A stretch of DNA of 63,065 nt, filler included, from Thraustochytrium aureum (GCA_012862495.1; 5 parts of 3 records of this genome joined end to end with filler, not necessarily neighbours in it), one strand, 5' to 3'. Shown: positions 42,343 to 53,802, numbered from the whole stretch's first letter. The notes: generated by a model not told the origin, from the sequence alone. A program made the numbers and translations.

Positions 42343-45252
42343 TTAGGCTAGAATGCGCACCAACTCCGCAGCATCCAAGGCGTCCGGGTGCGCAGCCCCA
42401 ACGGTGGCAGTCCAGATCTCCAGAGCTTTTCGAGCTGAGGCTAGCGCATCAGCTTGGCGGTTCATTTCTTTGAAAAGCAGGGCCATGTTGAAGTGCGTTT
42501 CCGCCACCTGCGGGTTGACGCCATTGCCAATACGCGAGCGCAGCTCTAGAGCAGCGAGATGCGACTCCAAAGCCTCGTCCAACCGGCCTTGAGCCTTCAG
42601 GACGTATGCAATGTTGTTTAGAGTCTCCGCAACCGCCGGATTGAGGGCGCCCTTGCTCTCGCGCCTCAATTGCAATGCCTTGTTGTAATGCTCGAGAGCC
42701 TCGTCGTAGCGAGTGCGCTCCTCATACAGAGCGCCAATGTTTGCAAGCGTTTCGGAAACGAGCGGATGCGACTCGCCTAGGGCCTCTTGGCGGATACTCA
42801 GGGCCTTCTTGAAGCACTCTAGCGATTCGAAGAAGCGACCGTTCTGGCTGTGCACAACAGCGATATTGTTGAGCGTCTGGGCGACATTCGGGTGCCTCTC
42901 CCCTAGCGCTTCAGTATAAATCTCCAGGGCTTTGCGGTAGTACCCCAGCGCGCCAACCGAGTCCTGCTGGGCGTTCGAAACGACGCCTAGATTGTTGTAC
43001 AACTCAGCCACGTCAGGGTGGCTGTCGCCAAGCGCCTGGATGCGGAGCTGGAGCGCGCGCTGGTAGTATGACGTCGACTTGCCGAAATTGCCCTGGCGGT
43101 CATGCAAGATCGCAATCGCATTGAGCGTTGCTGCCAAGCCTGGGCTGCTCTCCCCAAGAGTTTTCACCTTGAGCTCGAGTGACTTGTTGAGGCACTCCAG
43201 CGCCTTCGCGTAGTCGCCCGTGTTGCTCAACAGCGTACCGATGCTGTTGAGCGCTGTAGCAACCATCTCTTCGTTCTCCACCTCGGCGTAGAGGGCCTGA
43301 GCCTCCTGGAAATATCCAATGACTTTGTCGTGCAAATTGTCACATGTATCCAGGAGCTCTCCCGCATGCAGCAGGAGCAGAGCATGCTCGCTTTTTTGCG
43401 TCGCGTTTCCACTCTTGTACGTAGCATGGCTTTCGACAACCTCCGTAGTAGCCTCGATCAGCCACTGGCGCAGCTGCATGTTGACGACCTCATTCAGGGT
43501 GCCGAATCCACGCGCGAGCTTGGCGACCACGGCCCGCGAAATGGACTCTCGATCCTCTGGCTCGGCACACCCTGCCACCCTTGCGTCAACCTTTGAAATG
43601 TTTTTGATGATCTGACCTGGGTCCTTGACGAGCTCTGTGAAAAACCTCTCGCGCTCCCCCGAGGCGAAGATGAGCTGGATCGGGCGATTGGTGTGAACCG
43701 CACCATAGATTTCCCAAATGCACCACAAGCGGGTCAGCGGCGCGGGCCGAAGCCACGAGTCAAAGAAGAGTAAGCACTCGTCGAATCGGTTGATCGCCTC
43801 GTGCAAGCCTCCTGAGATGAGCTCCTCGCGCTCCTCGCGGGCCTGCTCCGTACAATCCGGAGCCATAAACGATTGGTTAGCGCAAAGGATGTCGATCCAC
43901 ACAAACGTCTTGGTTGGGTCGGCACCGCGGCGCTCGTAGTGCTCTCTGACGCCGTTCACCAGCGCGAAAAAGCTCGTTTTGCGGGCCTGCGAAAGGAAGG
44001 CGCCTTGGAACGGCTCGCCGACCGCCGACACCCCGACGGTACTCAAGAAGATAGACTTTGACCCTCGCGTGCTCTCACGTACGATGTACTGGCAGACATC
44101 CTCGCCGTCCCATTCTTGGCGTGGCTTTGCTCGAACCTGGCTTGGCGAGAATAGCAAGAGCGACGCGTCCCCGTTCCGCGCGATTCCGCGCCAGTCGTTC
44201 TCTCCGACCCGGCTTGTGACCTGGATCGTGTCGCCCGCCTTCAAACCGCGTCCTATTGGCTGCGTTGCAACGACCAACTCGACACCCGGTGCTAGCTCCT
44301 CGTTCATTAGCGCTTCACAGAGGGCCACGAGGAGCTCGAGCGACGCCCCGCGGTATGCGACGAGCGCGCCGCCCCAGCTGTTGGCAAGAGGCTGCTTGGG
44401 ACCTGCAGTAACCAGGGTTTGGTAGCCCGAGGTTTGTTTGGCGTGCTTTGCCTGAGCAGACGGCTCGCTTTTGAGAGCAGGCAGCGGCGAGAGAGATTCA
44501 AACTCGACGCGAGATCCACTGCTCGCGCCGGACATGTCCGAGTCCCTCATTCCAGAGGCTGCAATGCTCGCCCGCCTCCGGATCTGCTGATATGGGGCAC
44601 CAACTTGCGAGGGATTGTCAAGCTCTGCTTTGGGCGCGCCCTTTGGTTTGGACAGGTCCGAGTCTGATTTGCCAAGCGCAGCAATGCTTGCGCGTCGCTG
44701 CCGCGGCTGCTTCGGCGAGCTCGTTGGAGAGCCAAGCTCTCCTCGCGACGCACGGCTGGGCGTAGGCGTTATGGCGTCCATCAGGCTCGAAGGCAATAGA
44801 CTGGCACGCCTCTGGCTCGGCTGTTTTGGCGCAAGGAGCGAGCTGAAATCGAGGTCGCCAGGCGCAGCATGGTCTCTTCCGCTCGAGACAGGCGCTGCAA
44901 TACTCGCCCGTCTCTGCCGTTCTTTGAGTTGCAGCGCATCGCCCTCCCCGGCCGTCTTGCTCCTCGTTAGAGGTGCGGCAACGCGCAGAGGCGCGCAGGT
45001 GCTGGCTGACGCTGTAGGACCCGAGTCAATCCCCGATGGCGCACCCTCGACAGCCCCAGACCCACTTGCCAGTTGGGCGTCTCGCACAACCGCACGCGTC
45101 TTGCCGGCCGCTTGTCGCCGCGCGCTCACGTCGCCCTGCATCGCATCTTCAGTCGCTTGCTCTGGCTTGTCTTGCGTCGACCCAGCGTTTGCACCTTCGA
45201 CGTTTGAAGGCGCTGGCGAGGGCGCTACACGAGTCATGCTTCGCAGCACCAT
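42343..45252 (-). CDS. Disordered N-terminus + SH3-like + TIR/HET-like domain + kinesin-light-chain-type TPR array
   Basis: AFLSQAR, FVWIDILCANQ, PLTRLWCIWEI. About seven 42-aa TPRs (HPDVAELYNNLG, HPNVAQTLNNIA, HPLVSETLANIG). Confidence 0.85.
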   Translation of the reverse strand: MVLRSMTRVAPSPAPSNVEGANAGSTQDKPEQATEDAMQGDVSARRQAAGKTRAVVRDAQLASGSGAVEGAPSGIDSGPTASASTCAPLRVAAPLTRSKTAGEGDALQLKERQRRASIAAPVSSGRDHAAPGDLDFSSLLAPKQPSQRRASLLPSSLMDAITPTPSRASRGELGSPTSSPKQPRQRRASIAALGKSDSDLSKPKGAPKAELDNPSQVGAPYQQIRRRASIAASGMRDSDMSGASSGSRVEFESLSPLPALKSEPSAQAKHAKQTSGYQTLVTAGPKQPLANSWGGALVAYRGASLELLVALCEALMNEELAPGVELVVATQPIGRGLKAGDTIQVTSRVGENDWRGIARNGDASLLLFSPSQVRAKPRQEWDGEDVCQYIVRESTRGSKSIFLSTVGVSAVGEPFQGAFLSQARKTSFFALVNGVREHYERRGADPTKTFVWIDILCANQSFMAPDCTEQAREEREELISGGLHEAINRFDECLLFFDSWLRPAPLTRLWCIWEIYGAVHTNRPIQLIFASGERERFFTELVKDPGQIIKNISKVDARVAGCAEPEDRESISRAVVAKLARGFGTLNEVVNMQLRQWLIEATTEVVESHATYKSGNATQKSEHALLLLHAGELLDTCDNLHDKVIGYFQEAQALYAEVENEEMVATALNSIGTLLSNTGDYAKALECLNKSLELKVKTLGESSPGLAATLNAIAILHDRQGNFGKSTSYYQRALQLRIQALGDSHPDVAELYNNLGVVSNAQQDSVGALGYYRKALEIYTEALGERHPNVAQTLNNIAVVHSQNGRFFESLECFKKALSIRQEALGESHPLVSETLANIGALYEERTRYDEALEHYNKALQLRRESKGALNPAVAETLNNIAYVLKAQGRLDEALESHLAALELRSRIGNGVNPQVAETHFNMALLFKEMNRQADALASARKALEIWTATVGAAHPDALDAAELVRILA

Positions 45253-45872
45253 GAGCGCAGCAGCTCCACTGCGTAGAGCTCTGCCCGCAACGCCTGCTGC
45301 GCGTCTTCTAGCCTGGAGCCTGCTCTGTCGGCAGCGAGCGCCGCTCGATCGGTGCCGCCGCCCGCGAAATTCGCCCAGTCTTGAGGTAAAACCCCTAGAG
45401 TACCAGCATGTCGAGCTGGCTGGACGACCAAGGGCCAAATCCCCGGCGGCACGAGCTAGCTAGAAGGAACGCCTTCGCTTTCGACTCACACTTGGCTTCT
45501 GCGCGAGCGGCGCGGGGGGTGCCACCCGCAAGATAACGGATCTAACGGATAGGCTTTCACCTTTTGCCCTCTGTGGTTGCTTCAAGGCGGCGGACCGCGT
45601 CGGGTGTATGATTGCAAGCTATGACGGGGCCTCTGTACCTGTGTGCAGGCGAGCGGATGCGTGCGGCGTACAAGGTGGACGCGCGCCGATGCCAGCGCGA
45701 GCTGGCCGCAGTGGCGATGCGCCGCTGTGTAGCGCATTTTTGCGTTTCCTGGACTCATCATCACGGCTTCGGAGATTTCTGTTGTATTCATGAACAATTG
45801 GTTTGAAGAAGCGCACGGCTTGGCAGATGGCTGACCTGCCGGGGGTGGTTCGCGCCGGCTGAATCCGCGAAA

Positions 45873-48800
45873 TCAAATGGCAGGCTCTGCTAGGGACGGC
45901 GACGCCTTTGGGTTTACCGATTCGACGCTCACACGTTGTTGTCCTCCAGAAGCAGACCCGAGCCACCGGGTCGCCAAGACTTTGGCAGCCACAAGAAATG
46001 CACAGCCAATCGCCGGCGCGACCCACCAGACCTTGGGCGAAGTCTCGGGCCCGAAGAACTCGGCCCGCCTATCTGAGGCGATCAGCGCGGCACCAAAGTA
46101 CATGCTCAGCAAGGCCATCACAAACGCGCAAAGTGCAACGAGTCGGTGAGCAAGCAGCCAAAGATGACGGACCTTGGACGACTTTGCCGGCCGTAGAGAT
46201 GCGATGAGCGGGTTGGCAAGCAGCAGCAGGAATGCCACCAGCCCAACAACGTGATGCACCCTTGAAAAGTGTGAATCCACAGATGCGATCCCAAGGGCGA
46301 GGCCGCAAACGACAACCAGCACGCTCAAAGATGCCAGAGCCCGGTGCACGTCAAACCAGCCACCGCTTTGGAACCATGATGATGCGGTGCCTTGCAGTCG
46401 GGCGGCCGGCGCCGCCACCGTTAGCGGTACGAGAAAGCCAAAGCCGATCGTCATCAGCACGGCGTGCGCGTGGAGGGCAGAGTTGAGCGGAAGCTCGCCG
46501 AGAATTTGCGGGTCTTGCTCCGCTGCGCCGCTTTGCCAAGCGACGGCAAGACGGGTCGAAGCCTGGTGCAGACCCAGCGCGGGCCCCGCGCCGACTGCGA
46601 CGACGAGGTTGTCGGCAGCAACTTGCCGCGCGGCAGACTCGCTTGCCGACCCGCACTGAAGCGAAAGGGGCGTGCCAGCGAGAGACGTAAGCCCGGAGAT
46701 TTCAAGCACGCGGCGGCCGGCGACGATGGTCCAGTTCGCGCCGGCAAGTCCCGCGGACTGCGCGGCAAGCACGGTCACGTCAGAGATCGCCTTGCCATCA
46801 AGTGCGTACTCTGCGAGTCCAGCGGGCTGGCCGACCCCAATCAAGGCTCGCGCTCCCACCATCTGCGCCCCAACGCCAAGGCCGACCCAGCGATCGCCAG
46901 CAACTTGCAACCGAAGGGACAGAGAGCAGGCCAGATCGTCTTGAGGGTCCCCGTCAATGCGCCAGCACATTTCGAGACCGCCAGCCGAGTCGCCAAATGG
47001 GCGAAGAGAAAACGGAAAGCGCGCATCGCCGGAACACGACGACACCGGTGGCTCCGGAGGGGCCGGGTCTCCAGTGCAAGTCCCAGCTCGAGTTGCATTG
47101 AGAGCAGCGGCGGCCGAGCAAGCACCCGGGGCGGCTTGGCCCTCAGCAAACGAAACGTCGCGCTTGTACCTCGAACCGTCCCAGACGCGGTCGTCGCGCC
47201 TGTTGACAGGTATGTTAAAAGTTCTTGTGCGGCCTGGGTTCGTAAGCGTCGGGTCTGGGACGGTGATTGGCTCCGTTCGAGCAAGGGAAACCACGTCGTT
47301 GCAGACGGAGGCAAACCCGGTGTCATGATACCATGGTCGCAGAACTAGTAGTGTGTCGAGGGTAACGAACGGGATTTGTCGGATTATGTCGTTGATTCCA
47401 GTCACCTCCGCCCCACGGCGGACTCCCATCCCCATCCCGCAAGTCGTCCAAGGCTTGCCGTTGTACGTCTGCACCGGGTAGTAGTACAAAAAGTCCATGC
47501 ACATCTCGTCCAGCGAGCCTTCGCCAAAGGTGACGGACTGCGGCCATTTTGTCGTGTCGTAGCGGCAGTGCGTGAAGAGAATGTCACCGCTATCCAGCGT
47601 CGCGGGCACCGGCAGTTCGTTGATGGCCTGAAACTCAAAATTCCAAAAGTCGGCCGAGAGGAGGGTTCGCTTGAACTGCATGTCTTTGTCGTACACGTTG
47701 GTCCAGATCTGCTTGCCAAAGCTATGCATGTGAAGGAAGCTGCCAAAAATGGAGATCTGGCCCTCGGGTCCGATTGCAGCCTCTGTGCACTCGCGCGAAC
47801 ACTCCCCGACACGGTGAACGATTTCACGGCCAGGTGGCAGAGCGTCCATACCGAGGCTGGGGTCTCCGATCACAAGCATGGCGGCGTCGTTGGCCCGGAG
47901 CGTGGGTGAGAGGACCAGTTGGATCGTGGTCGAGTCCCGCTCGCCTTGCGTGAGGGTTGGATTATTGTAGTGCACTTCGACCATCAGATACCGGTTCGTC
48001 GTCGCGTTCAAACGCACGCCGGCTTCGCTCGGGAGAAGAACCGGGCCCCCGCCAACGGCCCACCCGTACACCAGGCTCGTACATTCACGGGCAAGCGGGG
48101 ACCGACCCTCCAACCCGCCGTTGCACTTTGCTGGTGCGCCTGTGTAGTTCCGAAAGAAGGGGTCATCCTCGCAAACGTGCAAAAGGATGTGGTGGACATA
48201 CGCCGCATTGTCGATGGCAGGGATGAAGGCAACGATGTGCGCGTCATCGGGGCCTCCCTCGGGCAGTGCGACGTCGAAGCTCTCGCATGNNNNNNNNNNN
48301 NNNNNNNNNNNNNNNNNNNNNNNNNNNNNNNNNNNNNNNNNNNNNNNNNNNNNNNNNNNNNNNNNNNNNNNNNNNNNNNNNNNNNNNNNNNNNNNNNNNN
48401 NNNNNNNNNNNNNNNNNNNNNNNNNNNNNNNNNNNNNNNNNNNNNNNNNNNNNNNNNNNNNNNNNNNNNNNNNNNNNNNNNNNNNNNNNNNNNNNNNNNN
48501 NNNNNNNNNNNNNNNNNNNNNNNNNNNNNNNNNNNNNNNNNNNNNNNNNNNNNNNNNNNNNNNNNNNNNNNNNNNNNNNNNNNNNNNNNNNNNNNNNNNN
48601 NNNNNNNNNNNNNNNNNNNNNNNNNNNNNAGTCGTCGCAGTCGAGCCCGGGAACCGCCAGCCCGTCTCCGGAAAAATCGATCGAGGCGGACCCGCGCTTG
48701 CTGCCATGGTACCCGACCAGGTCAGTGGAGCCATAGGCCCAGATGACGCGCATGGCCTTGCCGAGCGTGATGGGGCGGTCGTAGGGGTCGTCGGTTGCGA

Positions 48801-49293
48801 GCTTGCGCCGAATAACGACCAGAGTGCAGCCATCCGACTGCCCGCCGCGCTCGACGACCCAGTCCTGGCAGCCCCCCTCGGAGGCGTCCAGTCTTGCCTC
48901 TGGGTTTGGGCTGGTTTCCACTTGTTGCGTTCCGAACTTGGCCCCATAGGGTGCGAAAGGGAAGGCAGTCCACGGCGCATGTCGGTCCTCGACGACGGCT
49001 TCGCAAGACGTATCATTGACGAACACAGTGGCGATATCAGCGCCAAGCATAGACCCGGTTGACTGCTCGGCGATGCCAAAGCCGAGCCAGCCACCTGACC
49101 TGGCAGAGAGCGCAAGCACGACCTCGTCCGCCTCGATGCGCCATTGCACCGCGAAGTCTGCGGCTTTGTCCAGAGTAGCCAACCCAGCCCAATTCTCCTC
49201 GACATCTTTGCACAGCGCGGGTGCCGCAGCAGCGTTGTGCACGTGGATTGCAGCAAGCAGTGCCGCGGTGGCGGAGGCCCACTTGTTCAGCAT
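45873..49293 (-). CDS. DOMON - copper type II monooxygenase (DBH/MOXD1-like) - DOMON - cytochrome b561 fusion protein; internal gap
   Basis: Signal peptide; DOMON GWLGFG...MLGADI...VIWAYG...YHG; Cu ligands VHHILLH, EVHYNNP, HMHSFG, DEMC; second DOMON RWVGLGVG.QMVGA...LGLH; b561 histidines HAVLM, WFDVHR, VHHVVG, WLLAHR. Confidence 0.88.
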
Positions 49294-49389
49294 GACGTTC
49301 GCGTCGCAGCCACAAGCTCACTCAAGCTTGCTGCGATGCTGCGGCAGGGACTCGCTGGGGGTTGCGTGGTCGTCCAATCAACGAGCTCA

Positions 49390-49470
49390 CGACGGCCTCG
49401 GTTTGAGCGCGCGACGGCCTCGGCTTGAGCGCGCGACGGCCTCGGCTTGAGCACGCGACGGCCCCGGCTT
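49390..49470 (+). repeat. 22-bp tandem repeat (CGACGGCCTCGGCTTGAGCGCG, ~4 copies)
   Basis: Directly visible, about 100-180 bp upstream of the monooxygenase ATG. Confidence 0.8.
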
Positions 49471-49854
49471 TCGCGGTCTAGATTGGATTGGGGTTTGGTT
49501 TGAGAGTTGTTGTCAACTTGGCATGGCAATGGCAGCATGGTTTCATGTTACGACGGCGGAACGGCGGAAGTACAGATGGAGAAAGAACTCACTGAAAGGC
49601 TGGCTTGTCCTCCATCAGTATGATCTCGAGGTAGTAGTAACTTGCTGGTAACTCTACCTGGTACGAGTACCTACCTACTAATCCGTACTTCACCAGCAGA
49701 TCTTGGCAGCGCGTGCTCTGCGCGCCGTCACCGTGTCGGATGCAATCTATGTTGACAAGGGCGGACGTGCCAGGACACCCCGCAAAAAACGAAAGTACAC
49801 AAATGAGGTTGCGTCATAGCGGGGACAGACAGAATTGCGTTGGCACCCCACTGT

Positions 49855-50363
49855 TCAGAATGACTTGGACTCGGATTGGCGCTCCGCAGCGACCTGCTCG
49901 GCGGCGTCTCGCATCATCGTTAAGAAGACGTCAAAGTCGGTGGTAGCGTTCAGGATCTGGACGAAGAGGTCCTCGTCGGAATCGACCTCGTTCTGCACGT
50001 CGCCACGCCGCGTCAGCACACCAAAGAGCGGCGAAAGCAGCCGCGGCCTCTGAGGTCGCGCAACAACTTACGTCTTTCAGCTCTTCGAAAAGCTCGTGGA
50101 TGCTGCTCCCGCGGCTGTCGATGAACGCTGCGCACAGGTCCGCTTGGGATGTCAGAATCACCGAGCCGCTGCCGTGCACGCCACAACATAGCGCTAAACG
50201 CACCAGTAAGCCGGTCTTCAAACTCGCGCAAGAAGTCCTTGTGCAGCGACGTGTAGATCAGCTTGCACTCTTCTGTTGAGGTGTCGATCTCGGACGCGTG
50301 GTCCCGGCACCATTGCTCGAAGTGCTCGGCAAAGTCGTCGTTCTCGTAAAAGTATCCAATAAC
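49855..50363 (-). CDS. BART-domain protein (ARL2BP/CFAP36 family), 5'-partial; exons 50363-50204, 50127-50072, 49992-49855
   Basis: Spliced product VIGYFYENDDFAEHFEQWCRDHASEIDTSTEECKLIYTSLHKDFLREFEDRLTAFIDSRGSSIHELFEELKDNEVDSDEDLFVQILNATTDFDVFLTMMRDAA. GT-AG introns with CTRAC branch points keep the frame. Not present as one ORF in the track. Confidence 0.85.
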
Positions 50364-50461
50364 CTGCTCGCAGCGCCGCGTTTGCGGCGCTCGTTAGCAC
50401 GCGCAATCAGGTTCTGGGGGGCGAACGAGAGCTCCAGCCGCGGCACTCGCCACTGCCTGCT

Positions 50462-50561
50462 NNNNNNNNNNNNNNNNNNNNNNNNNNNNNNNNNNNNNNN
50501 NNNNNTTAATTAATTAANNNNNNNNNNNNNNNNNNNNNNNNNNNNNNNNNNNNNNNNNNNN
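50462..50561. other. Artificial scaffold spacer
   Basis: 44N-TTAATTAATTAA-44N. Confidence 0.97.
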
Positions 50562-51063
50562 GTTCCAAAGCTTTCCGGGCCAGAGCCTAGTGGCCAGCAC
50601 GATAGAGCGCGCGCTACGGGGCTTGCCCTCTGCCCTCCGCCCGCTCGGGGAGAGCGCGCTGGAGGCAACGGCCAAGGACCTCGGCAAGCAGGCAAGGAAC
50701 TTGCTCAAGCAGGGCTTTGGCGTATTCGGGTTCGCCAGCGCGGACGCGAGCGAGCCCGGCGGCTCGCGGTCTGCTGACAGCAAAGGCAGCGAGCAGCGCG
50801 CTCTGACGCTCAAGGACGGCGAAACGTGCGTTGTGTTTGTCACGGGCGGGCTGTGTCTCGATGAGGTTCGCCAGGTCTGCGAGACTGTCGCCAACTCGAG
50901 TCTTCGCATCAACTTGGTCTTTGGCGGTACGTGCCTCACGACACCGTCGCAGGTCGCCTTTCGGTCCTTTGAGCGACAGGTTCGTCGAGGTGGGAGCCGG
51001 CCAACCGCAGAGCAAGAAGGCGCCGCGTTTCGCCGCGAAGCAGATTTCGGCGCGCTTTTCTGA
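50562..51063 (+). CDS. Sec1/Munc18-family protein C-terminus (SCFD2/MIP3-like), 5'-partial
   Basis: LLKQGFGVFGF, VVFVTGGLCLDEVRQV, LVFGGTCLTTP. Confidence 0.75.
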
Positions 51064-51663
51064 TGAATGCCACTGGCACCAAGCCGTTCGTTCGCCGTTG
51101 TACGCCTGTGGGTGGGCTGTCGTCGGACGCGTCACTGCGAGCAAGCTCAAGCTTGCCAATTGCCATGAATGGTTGGTAAGCACGTTCCAGCACGAGTCCA
51201 CGGCCAGCCACCCTGAGGTACTTGGATGTACGCCCAACAGAGCGCGCCCCTCATGACCGTTGGCCCGGCGTCAGCCGATTTCGTTCATTCGCGCCTCGTG
51301 AGCCTGGGTCGTGAACGACCGACCGCCGCACTCATGGACCATTGGCTCGGCGCTCTGCATGCGCGAGCGGGCGTCCACGCGCGCTCGAAACACTCTTCTC
51401 ATGTCTGCGTCGATGCGGGACCCGGGGACCCGAGCACGGAGGGAGGCACCCAGCTGCAAAACCTCCTGCTCAGAGGAGGAAGCCCAAGCGCACCAGAGCC
51501 AGTTCCCCTCACCAGCACAGGCGCAATCAGCTCAAGAGTACTCGCCCTCCCCTCGAAAGGAAGAAAAAACCAAACAGGGAGTAGAGTAGAGTACCCTACC
51601 TACTAGTACTAGTAGGCGCTGCTCAAGGACTCGCGCATCGCTTTTCCTCCCTCTGCTTTGCGG

Positions 51664-51769
51664 AAAAAAAGAAAAGAAGAAAAAGAACCGACAGGAAGAA
51701 AAAAAACGACAGAAAGAAAAAAGGAAACCAACAAAACGAAAAAATAAGGCCGAAAACAACAAAAAAATA
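51664..51769 (+). repeat. A-rich low-complexity tract upstream of the kinase gene
   Basis: About 105 nt of A-runs broken by G or C. Confidence 0.7.
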
Positions 51770-52138
51770 ACTAGAGGAGAAGGAGGAGGAAGGGGCCTGC
51801 ACCAGCACCATTGGAGGAGGCAGGCAGGCAGGCAGGCAGGCAGGTAGTGGGGCAGACCCCCATTGAGCAGAGCGCGGGCGCGCAGGGCGACCGTCAGAGC
51901 GAGCTGGGCCCCCGGGAGGCGCGCACGCTGCTCGAGGCGGCGGTTTTGGCGGCACGCGCAGGGCTGCGAGCCGGACGCGCCGTGCGCAAGCGACGCGGAG
52001 GCCAGGCGGCAGCCAACCGAACCGGGACGCTCACACCGGCGCGCAGAGACGCGTCACCTGGCTCGGCGCGGGACGGAAGGACGGGAGGGACGGACGGCGG
52101 GCGCGCTGGGGGCCCACGGCGGGCGCCGCTGAGGATGG

Positions 52139-53510
52139 ATGCGCGTGGCGGCCGCCGTTGCATGTGCCAAGGAGTGCCTGGTGAGCGCCTGCTGCGACGC
52201 CGACGAGGCCGGCACGAACGTGCTGGAGCGGTCGACGCTGCTGAGCGCTAGCCCGAGCAACGGCGCGCGGACGAAGAGCGACTTGTACCAGTCGTTCGGG
52301 TCCGCGCCGCAGAGCCAGTCGATGAGCAAGCACCCGGAGATGTTCGACCGGTCGTACGAGCTCAAGGAGATCATCGGATACGGGTCCTCGAGCAAGTGTT
52401 TTCGGTGCGTGCGGCGCCGAGACGGGGCCGAGTTCGCCGTCAAGGTGATCAACTTCTCCTCTCTCTCGCTGCAGTACCCGAACAAGGCCCTCAGACGGCT
52501 CTACCGAGAGGTCCGGTCGCTTCAGCTCCTAGATCACGAAAATATCGTGCACATGGAGGAGTTTTTCAGCTGCGGCGACCAACTGTACATCGTTGAGGAG
52601 CACCTTCGCGGTGGCGAGCTCTACGACAAAATTCTCGAACACCAGGGGGTGGGAGAGACCAGGGCGCGAACCATCTTCCGTCAAGTCGCGAGCGCAATAG
52701 ACCACATGCACCGCCTCAACATCATCCACCGCGACATCAAGCCAGAGAATATTCTCTTGCTCGACGCGTCGTCGCTCAGGGTCAAGCTGATCGACTTTGG
52801 GTTCAGCAAGCCTATGAAGGGCTCGCACGCGTCGAGCTTCCTAGGGACTGGCGGCTTTCTGGCGCCCGAGCTGCGGCTCGGCTCGCTGCAGGGCGGCCCG
52901 CCTCCGATGTACACCAAGGCCGTCGACGTGTGGGCGCTCGGGTGCCTGTTGTATGTGATGATCTGCGCGCGCATGCCGTTCGACGACAGCTTGTACGCCC
53001 GGCCGAGGAGCGACTTTGTTGTGCGCTTCCGGCCAGAGCGCCTCTGGCAGCGCGTCTCCGCCGACCTCAAGGACCTGATCTGCAAGATGCTTGAGCCAGA
53101 GCCGTTGCGGCGCCTCACGGCTCGCGAGGTCCTGCGCCACCGCTGGCTCGCCGGGGAGCGCCCCTNNNNNNNNNNNNNNNNNNNNNNNNNNNNNNNNNNN
53201 NNNNNNNNNNNNNNNNNNNNNNNNNNNNNNNNNNNNNNNNNNNNNNNNNNNNNNNNNNNNNNNNNNNNNNNNNNNNNNNNNNNNNNNNNNNNNNNNNNNN
53301 NNNNNNNNNNNNNNNNNNNNNNNNNACCCCGATGCGGGCGCTGACGAGCCTGGCTGCGGAGTTGGCAGACCGCTGCGGCACGCCGCCTCGTCTGTCAAGC
53401 CGACCGGGATATCGTTCGAGGGAGGCAACAGCGCGGATAGCTGGTCCGAGGAGCTCAAGGAGGCGGACCGCCTCGGCCAGCACGACCTTGATACCGAGGG
53501 CGCGCCATAG
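52139..53510 (+). CDS. Ser/Thr protein kinase, CAMK group; gap after the kinase domain
   Basis: IGYGSSS, FAVKVI, GGELYDKI, IIHRDIKPEN, KLIDFGFS, LAPE, DVWALG, RRLTAREVLRHRW. The 3' end after the gap is inferred. Confidence 0.92.
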
Positions 53511-53802
53511 TGTTCATTTTGTGTCTAGAGGGAGGCGGCCGCCTGGCTGTCTTTCGTTGCGCAGCGAGTCGGAGCGGGCGCGAGCCCTGTCGACGGCTTG
53601 GCCCGCACCGACTTGCTGCACCGTGTTTGGAGCTGACTGCCGTTTCCGTAAGCGGCCATGCGAAGCGAAATTTTCTTGTAGCAATCTGTTTGGGGCAGTC
53701 CCAGGCCGGCTGACGCGCCCAAGGCCTCTGTCGCTGCCGAACAACGCGCGTGGCGCCCGCCCACTTGCCAGGGTCGCCGCATGGGGCGCGCGCTTGCGCG
53801 AG

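Noticed and set aside
49390..49470. 22-bp (and 16824-16966 18-bp) repeats as CRISPR arrays
   Set aside because: They are head-to-tail with no unique spacers, there are no cas genes, and the context is eukaryotic.
7387..50517. Four identical TTAATTAATTAA palindromes as a biological repeat
   Set aside because: Each sits between exactly 44 Ns on both sides and stops all six frames, so it is an assembly spacer.
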